Source: Callorhinchus milii (Eukaryota). Taken from it: 64,000 nucleotides of DNA. Shown one piece after another: positions 34,990 to 57,300 of the stretch (positions are counted from its first letter, which is position 1; every line of letters starts with the position of its first letter). The DNA lies in contig NW_024704749.1 in assembly GCF_018977255.1 (NCBI RefSeq), forward strand, positions 18,786,001 through 18,850,000. The letters run 5' to 3'. The translations under genes and the position numbers were made by a program. The notes under the pieces are model-generated. The model was not told the origin of the DNA, made no database searches, and saw nothing but the letters and a program-made list of their open reading frames with translations.

Positions 34990-37900
34990 ATACATCGTAG
35001 CGATGCTGTGTAAATCAGCAGAGAGCCGGGAGGAGGGGGGGGGATCTAGAATATAACTGGCTATACTGCGAGGCTACTACCTACCCTAAGGCTGAGACAC
35101 CCATGGGGTTGGGCTCAGTGTAACTGCTGTGTAATTAGTGTATGTAGGTGCAATTCACTGGTGCCAGGGCTGGCCCTGAGCAGTCAGGTACACCAAGACA
35201 CTCTGCAGTATTTCTAAGGCAGGCTCAAGGGTGTCCGACTTCATACTCGTCTGGGGGAGAGGGGGAGAGATAAGCGGGGTCTGCTTTTGGAGCTGCACTG
35301 GCTCCGAGGTGACAGGCTTGGCCACGGATTGTGGGAAGCGGGCCAGCCCTCCGTGACGGTCTCCGGTCCGGTCCCTGAGCCGGGTGGTTCCCAGTATTCC
35401 AGAGCACCGCTGATGACAGTACGGCCATCCCGGCTCATAGACAGGACTGGTCATCGCGGACAAGAACTGCACTGTATAACATTCAGTATTGTAGCTAACT
35501 GCACCGTGTATTAACCTGGAATTCGAGAGCAATGTAACATGCTATAAGTAAGAACAGTATACAGTATACGGTAATTAACTATACTCTGCACCTCCTTGTG
35601 ACATGGAGCTGGATATTGTGCAGTTATAATTATACTAACAGCTCTGGGATATAAAGAGGGAGAAGCCGCAACAGTTCAGATTGTGTGCTTCATAAATATC
35701 ATGACAATCTGTATTACAACAGTGATCTGATTACATAGAAACTAAGAGAGGCAAGGACATGAGGAAACGGAGTGGTAACTATATTTAGTATAACTATATA
35801 TACTTGCATGCGCTTTGAGATAGATCACACACTTGCCTGACACTCCAGTACAGTACTAGAGAGCGCTAAATTGTGCCATCCTTCGGGATGAGACGTTAAA
35901 TTGAGATTTATCTTCCTGTTCAGTTGGATATTAAAAAGCCGATGACATTATTCAAAAGGAAAAGGGAGTATATCCCAGTGTCCTGACCAACAATCCTCCA
36001 GTTAAATTAATCATTCCCCTCCTGGCTGTTATTGGGACATTACTGTGAGCAAATTGGCTGCTGTGTTTTTCTACAAATACACACTTGACAGTGATTACTA
36101 TAAAATGTATTGAGCTGTTTTGACATTATTGTCATTATGTTCAAACCAAGGATTATTCTCAGACACTAATCTCAGTTAACCTTACGTAAGTCACATCAGT
36201 TGGGACCATACATTTAATATGACTAATGCAAAGTATGAGCTATGTCAAACTTGCATAGAATATAAACTCTTGACTGGGACCGGGGCAGATGTACGACTGA
36301 GGCGATTGTACGATTTATACAGATCAGACTTATGCGAGTTTTGCGTACCTCATCCAAAGAATGACAAGCATTTTCAGTGCTGCAGGACTGCCTTGATACT
36401 GCTCTGGAGTACAAGCCAAGGCTGTGAGCTTTGGGCCTTGAGCTCACAAACTTTTGACCTACATGAGCCTTTGCTATCATCTGAGTCAAGCTGAGTCATT
36501 CAATATTTTATTAGTGCAGCCTAAAAAAGAAATGAATCCCGTCATAACGCAGGCTTACTCATGGTGTGCTTGGGATGTGAAATTCCAATATTTACTTACT
36601 AAAAAATCTGAAATCACGCAGAAAGTCAGCCATTAACACGAAAGTGCTGCCTGGCAATCACGCTGTGCTATTATTACTGGTTGGGATTTTACAGACCCTG
36701 CTCCCCAACTACTGTAGTTATTTACCCAGAAATGTTTACCTAGCAGTAAGTAGGAACCCGGTTGTTAGTGGATTGATGGATCATTTTCTGGGGGTAATAG
36801 TCCCTCTTTGGTCACTCAATCCATGACTGTTTGTGGGACACTGCTGTTTTTGGCTGCCGTGTTTCACCCTCAAAATACACCATTAATCCAGTTTACAATA
36901 TATTATGTGGAGCACTTTGAGATTCCTCAATGATGTGATAAGGCGCTATATCAAATGCAAGGATTATTATTATTATTTTTATTTACACAAGAGAGAGACG
37001 ACCACTGACATGGACGGGACAGAAGAGCACAGTCTAAGCTTTGTAACTGAAACTGTTTATATTACACTGATCCAGATTCAGTCTGGGACCTTGAGAAGGA
37101 GTAAAGTGGCTTTGTTTTGCTGCAATTCTACTGCGGGTTTGGACCAGTGGGAATTTGTAACTTGCAGCACTAACTGTGTGTGCGTGTGAGGGGGCGAAAC
37201 CCGGGACTTAGAGAAGACCTGAGGGTTCCTGCTTCACAGAAAATGAATTATGTAATACTGGGGACATGGCACACTCCTGGCACTGATGAATGTCCTGCAC
37301 AGTGTGAGGGTTCTCTTACTGGGGCTCTTTATTGTTCACTGGAGGTTAGGTTGCGTGTAGTTTTTCAATGGTGACGGGTTTGAGCTATCAGTGCACTCTC
37401 TGTGAAGCACAAGCTGTGTTTCAGAGAGCAGCTTCATCAGGCACCAAGCCAGAACCCGAGAGACAAAACAAACCTTGTGTGCTTCTCACTGCTCTAACCT
37501 CCTATTGAGTGCTCTTTGAAGGCTGGATTGCTTTACAGATTGAGTGGACATTATGTCTATGGCCTCCTTGAGAGGCAAGAGTACATAAGGAAGGAATCAG
37601 AAATTAAAGGATGTGGAAGGGATGGGATGGCTTGGAGGGAGCAGGCGAGTGGGGTTAGACCGGCTCATGTGGAACAAAGACACCAGCACAGAGTGTGATG
37701 AACCTGTGCAAAGGGACGTGGACTTTCTGTTTATCCAGTAATGTGAATCAGGGATATGCTGAGCTGAATACTTGTGTTGTATTTTCTTCAAGTCATTTGG
37801 CAGAAACTTTACTGCAAACCCCCTGGAGTGAGATTCTGAATTAACTTCACAAATTGGAACAACACGTGAATTGTGCTGTCAGAAAAACATTCAAATACTT

Positions 37901-38344
37901 TACTCTTAACATTGCTTGAGGGCTTTCTCTTGTCTCAACCAAGTTCATGAATACAATTTCCTGGATTGGGGAAACTGGGATTTGTAGAGCGTTACATGGG
38001 GTTGTTGATAGAGGGGGAGGTTAGTGTCAAGGGATCCACTATATCAGATGGACTCTGGTAGAGTAGTGGTTAGAGCACTTGCCTTACAAGTGCGAGGACC
38101 CAGGTTTGATTCCCGGTCAGAGCGAAACCTTAGGCAAGGTTTAGGCACCCACAAAATACACAAGTCAATCCACTTTAAAATATATTCTGTGAAGCACTTT
38201 GAGATGGCTCAATGATGTGATAAGGCGCTATATCAAATGCAAGGATTATTTTTATTATTATGGAGGCACAGCACTGGTCCTGGTTGTTTGTTGAGCATCA
38301 CTCACAAGGCTTCTGTGCTCTTGCAGGTTAGTGGGGTGAAGATG

Positions 38345-47562
<9,218 letters not shown>

Positions 47563-48173
47563 TGTTGCTTTCTTCTCTGGGGCAGACCACGGAGGTTCCC
47601 GGTGAATATTACACCACATTGCATCCTCTCACTCCCCCGGAACATATCCAGCAGCGGCTCAAATATAATCCAAATACCTTTTCAGCATCTCGATTCTTTT
47701 TAAAACCTAAGTTTTTTTTTTAGTTTAGAGGGAAAGTGTTTTCACAGAAGTATTTGAGATCTGGGGTGGCAGGGTGTGTATTGTATGTATGTGTGTGTGT
47801 GCATATATGTACACACACACACACATAAATATACACACATGTATGTGTTCGTGTGGAAATATAAGTGTATGTGTGTGAGTGTGTTTGTTTAGGATTGTGA
47901 GAAACTAGGGAAAGGAGACAAAAAGCTCATGGACAATTGTTCAGTGAAGCAATGTATCTGTGAAAGTGTCTATTTATAATCACTGCAAATACTGACAGCA
48001 GCGGGTATATCAAAACTGACCAAAGTGAACTACTTGTGACTAGATGTAGAGTGTAGTGACTGGCTGCAGACTTCACTAGACAACACACAGTGTGTGTCAG
48101 GCACAGTCATTGCTGCTTGTTCCACTTGAAATGTTCGCAGTCTCAAATGAAAGGAAACTGTGATTTTTAATAC

Positions 48174-48179
48174 AATAAA
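48174..48179 (+). terminator. Probable ALAD polyadenylation signal
   Basis: First AATAAA I found after the stop, about 610 nt downstream. Confidence 0.6.
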
Positions 48180-48200
48180 GACAAATTGTGACCTGACTCA

Positions 48201-48206
48201 TTTATT
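48201..48206 (-). terminator. Probable HDHD3 polyadenylation signal
   Basis: TTTATT on + (AATAAA on -) about 800 nt after the HDHD3 stop, in unique sequence. An alternative at about 48666 lies inside a SINE. Confidence 0.5.
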
Positions 48207-49007
48207 CACTCATTTAAATTACTTCACAGCACCAATCCAATCACAAAACAGGTTTATGAATGAAATTCTGTCCCCTCCTTGTTCTTCATAAATAATAATA
48301 ATCCTTGCCTTTGACGTAATGCCTTTCATGTCGGGAGGACATCTCAAAGCACTTCACAGGATTTAATACAAAGTGTAGTGACTATTTTGTAGGCGGATAC
48401 GCCAGGTGTTTTGCACCCAACAACGTCCCTCTCAAATGAAGCAATTTAAGGGGATTGCTGGCCAAGGTACTGAGAGCAACAACTTGGAGCAGGTCCAGCC
48501 CAAAACAAATCCCTACTTGCATTCAATGTAGCACCATGTTGAGAGGTCTCAAAGCACTTCACAGAATATTCTGTAAAGTTAATGGTGTATATTTTGTGGG
48601 AGAAACGCGGTAACCAATTGCGCACAACAGTATCCCACAAACCGTCGTGGATTGAGTGACCAATTTTATTATTATTTTGGTACTCTGGGAAGCAAACCAG
48701 TGAGGGCTTCTTCATATCAAACTGATTGGAAGAACTAGTCAACATTCCCAACTTGCTCCACAGGAAACATCTTTACCCGGCAGGTGACACACACTGAGGT
48801 GATAGGCCTCAATCCAGAGGTACAGAGGCAGAGTTCCTAAGGAAAGAATGGTTCCCTTATGGTCACATGTAAATTGAGTCCTTCGGTCAAACTTCCTAAC
48901 GACAAACTGAATTTTAGTAAATGACCTGCTCCACGTCAGCTTCCAATGGCACCAACCATCGCCATATTTCACCCAGTTACACTGTTAGTTTAAAGTTTAG
49001 TTTACTT

Positions 49008-49721
49008 TCACTCCAGGATGTTGCATAGCTGTTGAAGTGAGTGGAGGATGTGGACCCTGGGTACCACTCCTTCTACATCCAGAGCCTCATCATCTCTTCG
49101 TATCAGGAAACCATTCATCCCCACGCTCCTGGCCGCCAGGTAATCCTTCCGTACGTCATCCCCGATGTGAGCGGCCTGCGGCGGCTCCACCCGGGCCATC
49201 TCCAGGGCCGCCCGGAAGATTCGCTGGTCCGGTTTAGTGACCCCAACATCCTCCGAGGTCAACACGAACTCAAAGTAGTGCCGCAGTTCACAGCTAGACA
49301 GGACCTGCTCCAGGCGACGGTCAAAGTTTGAAATCACCCCCATCCGAATCCCCAGCTTGTTGCAGTGATCCAGAGCGCCCTTCACGTCAGCAAACGTCTC
49401 CCAGTTGCCCGCACTGGCAAAGTCTCGGTAAAGCTTCTCTGCCACCGGGGACAGAACTCGATCTTCGCTCACCCCACAGAGACGGAAGGTCTGCTTGACC
49501 GTGTCGACCCACCACTGCTTGGAGCTCAAGCCCTGAGCTAAGCCGTAGTTGGGGAACGATTTCCTCTGCGTTCTGTAGGCCTCAGCGAATGACTTGTTGA
49601 GATCTTCGGCTTTCACCTGGACTCCATGCTTTCTGGCCTCCGACGAGTACAGGTCACCGACCGGCCTCCGCGCTCGGAGGAGAGTATCCTTCACGTCCCA
49701 GGTCAGCAAGTGGAGTCTCAT
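49008..49721 (-). CDS. HDHD3: Haloacid dehalogenase-like hydrolase domain-containing protein 3, single coding exon, 237 aa
   Basis: MRLHLLTWDVKDTLLR (HAD motif I), FPNYG, ISNFDRRL (motif II), KPD...HIGDD (motifs III/IV). Lies between ALAD and BSPRY as in human. Acceptor at 49759/49758 and candidate 5' UTR donor cag|gtgaac at 50234/50233. Confidence 0.97.
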   Translation of the reverse strand: MRLHLLTWDVKDTLLRARRPVGDLYSSEARKHGVQVKAEDLNKSFAEAYRTQRKSFPNYGLAQGLSSKQWWVDTVKQTFRLCGVSEDRVLSPVAEKLYRDFASAGNWETFADVKGALDHCNKLGIRMGVISNFDRRLEQVLSSCELRHYFEFVLTSEDVGVTKPDQRIFRAALEMARVEPPQAAHIGDDVRKDYLAARSVGMNGFLIRRDDEALDVEGVVPRVHILHSLQQLCNILE

Positions 49722-50323
49722 CCTCCCTCCTGCGCCTTCAGATCAGTGAGCAAACCCCCTGCACTGCGGGATATGGGGGGGGGGGGGGGGAGGGGAGGGG
49801 AGGGCGGGAGGTGTTGTCAGTGGAAAGCGACATTGAAGAGGAAGAATTAAATACTTAAATGTAGATTCTGGGCTCCGTGTCTCTATTTAATCTGTGATCT
49901 CCTGCAGACCCCCGACTACCCCCCACCCATTCCCTTTGCTCCACCAACTCAGGTAGTAACTGCCTTAACCCCCCCCCACCCCACCCCACCCCACCCTCAA
50001 CCCCCCTCCAGTGCACACCTGGTCCCTACCGCGATAACTCAACAACAGGGCAGCGTGGGGGGGCTATGATTGGTGGAGATACACCCCCCAACCCCCACAC
50101 CCCCACCCCCCCCCCCCCCCCCCCCCCCCACCCCCAGCCCCTCCCCCACCCCAGCCCCCACCCCCCACCCCCAGCCCCTCCCCCACCCCCCCACCCCCAG
50201 CCCTGTCACCGAGCCTCAGGTCTGTCTGTTCACCTGTGCGCCAACCAAACTCTTCCCCCATCCACTCCACTTCCGCCCCCGAAAGTGCTCCCCCGGAAAC
50301 CCGCTGCTGCCGCCAGACGGTTC

Positions 50324-50590
50324 CGCCCCACCCCCTCCAGCCCCAGCCCCGCCCCTCCAGCCCCAGCCCCGCCCCCTCCAGCCCAGCCCCGCCCCCTCCA
50401 GCCCCAGCCCCGCCCCCTCCAGCCCCAGCCCCGCCCCCTCCAGCCCAGCCCCGCCCCCTCCAGCCCCAGCCCCGCCCCCTCCAGCCCCAGCCCCGCCCCC
50501 TCCAGCCCCAGCCCCGCCCCCTCCAGCCCCAGCCCCGCCCCCTCCAGCCCCAGCCCCGCCCCCTCCAGCCCCAGCCCCGCCCCCAGCCCA
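50324..50590. repeat. GC-box minisatellite (21-bp unit CCAGCCCCAGCCCCGCCCCCT) just upstream of HDHD3
   Basis: About a dozen units, each containing GGGGCGGGG on the minus strand; adjacent ETS-like motifs cacttccg (about 50268) and ccggaaa (about 50293). Confidence 0.93.
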
Positions 50591-50887
50591 GGTGAGAGCA
50601 GTGCTGCCAGGTGAGGGGGCGGCTCTGCGTGTGTGTGTGTGTGTGTGTGTTAGTGAGTAACAAGACTCAACAACAACAACAACAACGCCTTTCACGTCTC
50701 ATCGGAGAGAATCCTGCGGCACATCACTCAGACACAATCCTCACAGTATTTGCTGGGGGTGGGGGGGGTGGGGGGGGGGGGCGGGAGGGGGGAAACAACG
50801 GCTTTGGGCGGGTGCCCTCATCCTGTAAAGCGTTAATTTAAACCCACGAGACCTGTTTTTCTTCCTTCGCGGATCTTTTCTTAACCA

Positions 50888-51208
50888 GAGTTTCAGTGGA
50901 GTCTCAGTGGTTAGAGCACTCGCTTTGCAAGTGAGAGACCTGAGTTCAATTCCAGGCAGAGGGCGAAACCTTGGGCAAGTTTCCTTACTCCACACAGAGC
51001 CTAATAATAATCCCTCCAAAACCAAAAACAATAATAAATTGGTCATTTTCAATCCACGACTGTTTGTGGGACATTGCTGTGCGCAATTGGCTGCCGCGTT
51101 CGCCCACAAATATACAGTCAATTCACTTTACAGTGTGTTCTGTGAAGCGCTTCGGGACGTCGAGAAGACGTGAAAAGCGCTATATCAAATGCAAAGATTA
51201 TTATTATT
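50888..51208 (+). mobile_element. Full-length tRNA-Ala-derived SINE
   Basis: Highly similar to 33388-33716 along its whole length; (ATT)n tail. Confidence 0.9.
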
Positions 51209-54200
51209 GTAGAAGCACTAACCTGCAACTGGTCACTCTGCTCCCCAGAGGAGGCCACAGAGAATATTGGGATACTTTCGGCGGCTCGTGTTTGATTGAC
51301 TTTGGGCTACAGACTATTTTAATTTCTGGCAAACCCTGGCGACAGGACCTTCTTCCCTCTTCCTGCTCCTCCTCCTCCTGGCAGAGACACTGGTCATTCA
51401 CTTCATGGCTGCTTGTGGTGCGGGCCTGACCTACAAAATACACGGTCACTACACTTTAGCGGTATATTCTGCGAAGCGCTTTGAGGACGTCTGGAAGATG
51501 TGTTAAGGCGCCCTTATCAAATGCCAGGATTATTGTGATCATAATCTGCGAAGATAATCCTGCTGCACGCCACTCAGACACAAAACAACCACTGTTATCT
51601 CTGGCGGAGGAGTTTGGCTTCATTAGCATAACAGAAGAACAATCGTAAATGTGGCCCATTTAAATACATTTTTATTAACACATTTCCGAATAACAAATAC
51701 ATTCATCATTCATCAAATACGGAGACTGGACTGACACTCACATTTTCACGACAAGGCTGCTGCAGAAGTGGAATCTTTCCAAAACCTCTCCAGCTATATG
51801 TGCCCTTGTAAGCCCCAAGGCACCAATGCCCTTTGGTCCCACTAAATTTGACACTGTAGTGTAGCACATCCTATTTCTAGGTTTTGTGACTTCTTTTGCT
51901 TAAGCTCGCTTCGTGGAACCAAAGTGCTTTGAGAGGCAGTGAGCTTGAAGCATGAGGCTACAGAAAAGGTTTTTAATGAATACAACAACTTGCATTTATT
52001 TACACAGCGCCCTCCACACAGGGTAATGTCTCAGAGAATTGTACAAACACAGGGTGGGGGTGGGGGGTTGTTAGAAGAAGGTGGCTATAAACACGGTCAA
52101 AGATGTAGGTGTTTTAAGCCCGAGTTTGCTAAACTGAAGGGCACGAGCAGAGGAGAGCAATGGGGTGCGCAATACACACCACATATCTCAGCCCCTGAGA
52201 GAATGAAGATAATTTACCCTCTGTTCTTCCTAGGTTCAGAGTTTGCAGGTCCCTGAACCATCTTCAACGGGTCAGTTTTGACACTATGGCACTATCGATT
52301 GACACACTTTCTGCCCACATGTCATAAAATAACCAACTGGGTTGTGTTTCGACCTAACTTTTAAGAAAATGGAGTCAGCAACCGTTCGCAGCGTAGGAAA
52401 TCCGTACCAAATCGGTCGCTCTGGCCTTCAGGAACTCTCTCCTCGCAGCCCGAGGTAAAGATCATTGCTGGGGTCGGGCTCCCAGATGCTGCGTGGAAAT
52501 GCGGGAAGGAGGTAAAATCAAGCCATGTCCTCCTTTGAAAGCTGACGTTCCAATCAACAGGTACCAGGAGTTGCAATTTAGGAACAAACATCCATTTTAG
52601 AAATTGTGGAAAATTCTTAATTTAAGATGTTAATATCATGGCAAGCTTTGCAGTTTTAAGACTCCTGCCGTTACCCCAATGTACACTCTGGGTTCCCCAA
52701 GCCTTGGTTCTTGCCAACCTGTGCCGAATAATTTCCAGAATTAGCATTTATACAGCAGCTTCCACATGGAGTACTGTACAAAGTTGGGGTCATACGCTGA
52801 GGGGAGAGTGCTCATCCCATTCCAACAATCTATTTCTGGGACTTCCATGTGTAGGTGGGATGCATGAAGCTCTCAGCTCGGCTTGGACACTCTTAAGCAC
52901 GGTGATCGGTTTCCGCATGTGCCAGCTGACCAAACAAAAAAGGTCTTAATCTAGAGACCGGTTTACTCGGCTCTTAATAAAAGGAAACCTGGCTTCCAGA
53001 TCCAGACTTTAAGTAATTCTGAGTCATTTTAAATTTTAAGGCNAAAAAAAGAATGGTCTGTCAGGCTAAGGGTAGGTGGAGTTTTAGGTCTAATTAATGA
53101 GGTTGAAACCCACTTCCATGTAGGACTGTGGGATTATCAAAATTGTTTCAAGGCACTGCGGAAATTAGGAGTAGGTGGCAACATAGACAAACAGGCGTGG
53201 AAACCAGAGAAAGTTACAGAAGGAGGCCATTCGTCCCACCATGCCTGTGAGGGCTCCCTGTGTCTGTGTTGGCTATCAGAAGGTTAATACACACTACATC
53301 AGGCAACCAAGCCCCATTTCAGGACTTGAGTTCACATTCTAGGCTGACACTCTAATGCAGTGTCAAAGGCGACGTCCTTCAGATGAGACATTAAACCGAG
53401 GTTCCCTTTTCCTATGTTTTTGTCAGACCATTTTTTTTTTTTGCCTTGAAATTCAAGATGACTCAAAATTTCTTAAATCCTTAATTGGGAAGCCAGGATT
53501 CCGAGTAAAACCGGTCTCCAGATTAAGACTGTGAATTAACAGGTTAAAGATCCCATGGAGCTATTCGAAAAGAGAAGGGAATTTCTCCTGATGGCCAACA
53601 CCACCCCCAGATAAAATGGGTCACCCACTTTCTGGCAGTCTTCCCCAGAAGCACTCTGAGACATCCTGACATGTAAGGCGCTGTATCAAATGCAAGGACT
53701 ATTATTATTATTATTATCTGTTTAGTCCTACTTTTGTATCTCTCCCACCTCCCCACCACCACACATAGACCCTTTACTATTTTCTTAGGCACTGAGCAGC
53801 AAATGACAGGCAAGGAATCAAATCTATCCACCACATCACCCGAGAAACTGCTTCACCACCTGGTGACTGATCCAGTCGTTCCTAACTCCAGGTAATGTGC
53901 CATGGCCTCAGCTCCAAACGGACACACGGAAAGAGGCTGCATTGCTTTCTGAAGCTTATTATTTTCTTTCAACCTCTTTACGTGTTAACCTCACGTCCAT
54001 TAGTCCCCACCCCCAGCCCCGTAAACAAATATCTAACCACGACCCAATCTGTTAGCAATAATGAATATACATTGACACCACTGGAGCTTTCGGGCTCAAC
54101 CCTTGGCCATTGTAAAGCTTTTTGCCTTGCAGGATGATGGTCACTGATATTTCGCCCACAAAATATACAGTCAATTCACTTTACAGTATATTCTTTGAAG

Positions 54201-54329
54201 CACTTTGAGATGTCTCGAAGATGTGATAAGGCGCTATATCAAATGCAAGGATTATTATTATTATTACCACTGAATGCTTGGGAGACAAGTAACAACCCTT
54301 TCCCCCCCCCAACCGCCTCCGTCACTGTG

Positions 54330-57300
54330 TTACTGAATGATGGCTATGCTCTGGTCAGCGACTGCAAATGCTGCATAAACGGGATCCGTGAACTTCGCAC
54401 GGAAGGAATGTATCAGGACGCACGAGTTGGGATCGTAGAACAATACTTCACCCCCTTCGAAGTCCACCAACACGCCAATCTGCGTGGGTCGTTTGAGCAG
54501 ATCCAGGGCCTGGGGTTTGCCGTGGTGGGTGACAGTGTATTCCTCGTCGTAGCGGGAAAAGACCCAGGAGAAGGCATTGTACCCCAGCCGAGACTCCGGG
54601 CCGGGAGATTTGCGGGAGAGAGAGTTCTGAGCGACCCCCACTTTGTAAGCGCAGCTCTTGCCCACGTCCACCTTCCAAGTGTGGATCCCGGATTGGAAAC
54701 TCTCCAGCGCTAGGGCGTTGGGCCAGTAGTCAAACCGCTCGGGGCAGTCCGGGTACCTCTGGACTTTCTTGGTCACAAAGGCCAGGACCTTCTTATTGTC
54801 AGACAGGATCAGTGACTGGTTGATGGTGCGTTCGTCAATGTGTAGATTCTTGACCCCTGGAATGCAGGAGATTGCAATATGAATTTAAACACCCACAGTT
54901 ACCCCTGACACACTAAGATTTTGTTCTGGACAACTCGCTTATACTTTCCATGGATTAGATGAGCAGGGTGGTGTTGCCCTGGCGAGAGAGCGTAGACTCC
55001 AGTCCAGACAACCCAAAATGTCCATGTTTTTGTGTGGAATTCTCAGTTTGGAGACTCTTAAGCGCGGTGATGGATTCCTGTGTGTCCTGGTTGGCACCCA
55101 AAAAAAGACCCCGGGAATTGATGTTTCGGAACACAAAGATGGTTAGAAAATGGCTAACCCGCACTTTGACTTGGGCAACGCTATTCCTACCAATGTGGGG
55201 TCAACATAAAGCAGACAACAGCATATGACGTGAATGTAGACATGTGAACGAGAGAGGCAGCCTGGTGATGCCAGGGGAATAGTACTGACCAGCTGTGCAG
55301 ATCATGGCAATGGATGCCCACAGGCTGTCGAGGAGGTGACTGCGAGCACACATGGGATTGAAGTTCAATTTATCCGAGTCCTGCGGTTCGAGGATTCCCT
55401 CCGCTTCTTCTGCCCTGGATTACAAAGTAGGGAAAGAATCATTCGCAGGAGACCACGGTTTACCCTGAGACCCTGCGTAACCTTTGTTACAAACACTGCC
55501 GTGCGCTATTAGCTGCCGCATTTCGCCCACAAAATATACAAGTGCAGTGTGTTCTGTGAAGCGCTTTGAGACATCTCGCAGATGTGATAAGGCACTGTAT
55601 CAAATGCAAGGATTATTATTATTAGATTAAGCAAATGACTCGGGGACTTTCAACCACTTTGCCCCCACATACTTTCATCTTAAAAAGCTTTACAGGAGGC
55701 GACCAAAGGCAGTCAAAGGAAGAGGTCTTTAGGCAGGTTTCAAAAGCAGAGGGGAAGTAAGAGGGGAGTGAGTGGGGGCAAAGGGGTTGAAAGCTCACCC
55801 GACAATAATGGTGGTGTGGGGAGGGCGAGGAGGAGGGGCAAGGTAGGGGATGACAAAACAGTGGGGGTGGGGGGGGAGGACCGTGGAGGTTGGTATGAAA
55901 CCTCACTTTGGCAACACAGGGTGAACGTACCTCTCGAATACATCCGACTGCAGCTTCTGCCGAGAAAGAAAGAGAGAAAGAAAGGGATTTGGGTCAGAAT
56001 CTTTTTATTCAAATTTTAGTTAGAATCATGACTGTTTGTGGGACACTGCTGTGCGCAATTGGCTGCCGTGTTTCGCCCACAAAATATACACTCAACCCAC
56101 TTCACTGTCTAAGCGCTTTAAGACGTCTGAATGACGTGATAAGGTGCTATATCAAATGCAAGGGCTTATTATAATTATTATTATTATGGGATAATCTTAA
56201 AATTAGAGGAGTGAAACCAAGAGGCATTTTTTTTCGCACAAAGGTTAGTGGAAATCTGGAATTCTCTCCCCCAAGGCTGTGGATGCTGGATCCATTCAAA
56301 TTTTCAAGACTGAGCTAGATAGATTTTGTTAGGTCAGGGTATCAAGGGATATGGGGCAAAGGCGGGTAATTGGAGCTGAGGTACAGATCAATCAGGATCT
56401 AATAGAATGACGGAACAGGCTTGAGCTTGAGGGGCTGAATGGCCTACTCCAGTTCCTATGAGAATGTAAAAATGAGGCTTGTGATAAAATGGGTCTCGGC
56501 AGCAAGGGAGAAAGGCCAGCTCACAAGCAGTGTGGCGTCGTCCATCTTGGTGAGGGTGTCCACCAGGTAGGCTTTGATTCCCAGCAGCTTGTCCTGGGAC
56601 TCGGACCAGTAGGATTTCTGGGTCAGGATGCTCTGCTGGGCTCGCTCCTCCTCGGCGTGAACCACCTCCAGCAGACGCTGTTCCTCACTCTCGCACGCCT
56701 CCCGCACGTGGTTCAGCCGCTGGATAATCAGCTCCCTGGCCACGCTGGCCTCTCCCTGTCAGCACAAGGTTCCAGTGAAGCTCGACCGATAATAACAGCA
56801 AAAAGTTACATTTGTACAGCGGCTTTCCCGTCAGGAGGACATCCCAAGGCACTGGACAGTCATGAATCCACACCAGAGTTGGTGGTTGGTTCGGTCAGGA
56901 GGGGTGGAGGGCAGGAATGGGGTAGGCACAATCGAAGAGGAGGGTCTTGAGATGAGCCTTGAAGGAGGCAAGGCGAGGAGATGAGACTGTGCGATGGAGT
57001 TTCAAAGGAGTGGAGGCAGAGAGGCTGAAGGCCCGACCGCCGATGGTGGGGCGGGCCAGGCAAGGGACATGTTGTAGGCTGGAGCCTGCCGAGCGGCGTG
57101 AGTGGACAGGCCAATTCGCCTCAAAGCGAATGACTGATTCTATCTGGAGGATTTTTGTCCTTTCTCTTTGCGAATAACAATCATTGGAATCAGCATTGAA
57201 GCCGATCAACAGTCAAACTGAGCCGGTGTCTGTTATCAGAACGACACTGGGAGACAGGAACTGACCTTAACACTGTGGTTCTTGCCGCTCAGTCTTTCCT

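Noticed and set aside
50064-50695. Pro-rich and Gly/Trp/Arg-rich ORFs
   Set aside because: Translations of the GC-box minisatellite and poly-C runs.
53043-53043. Single N base
   Set aside because: Assembly ambiguity in a poly-A run.
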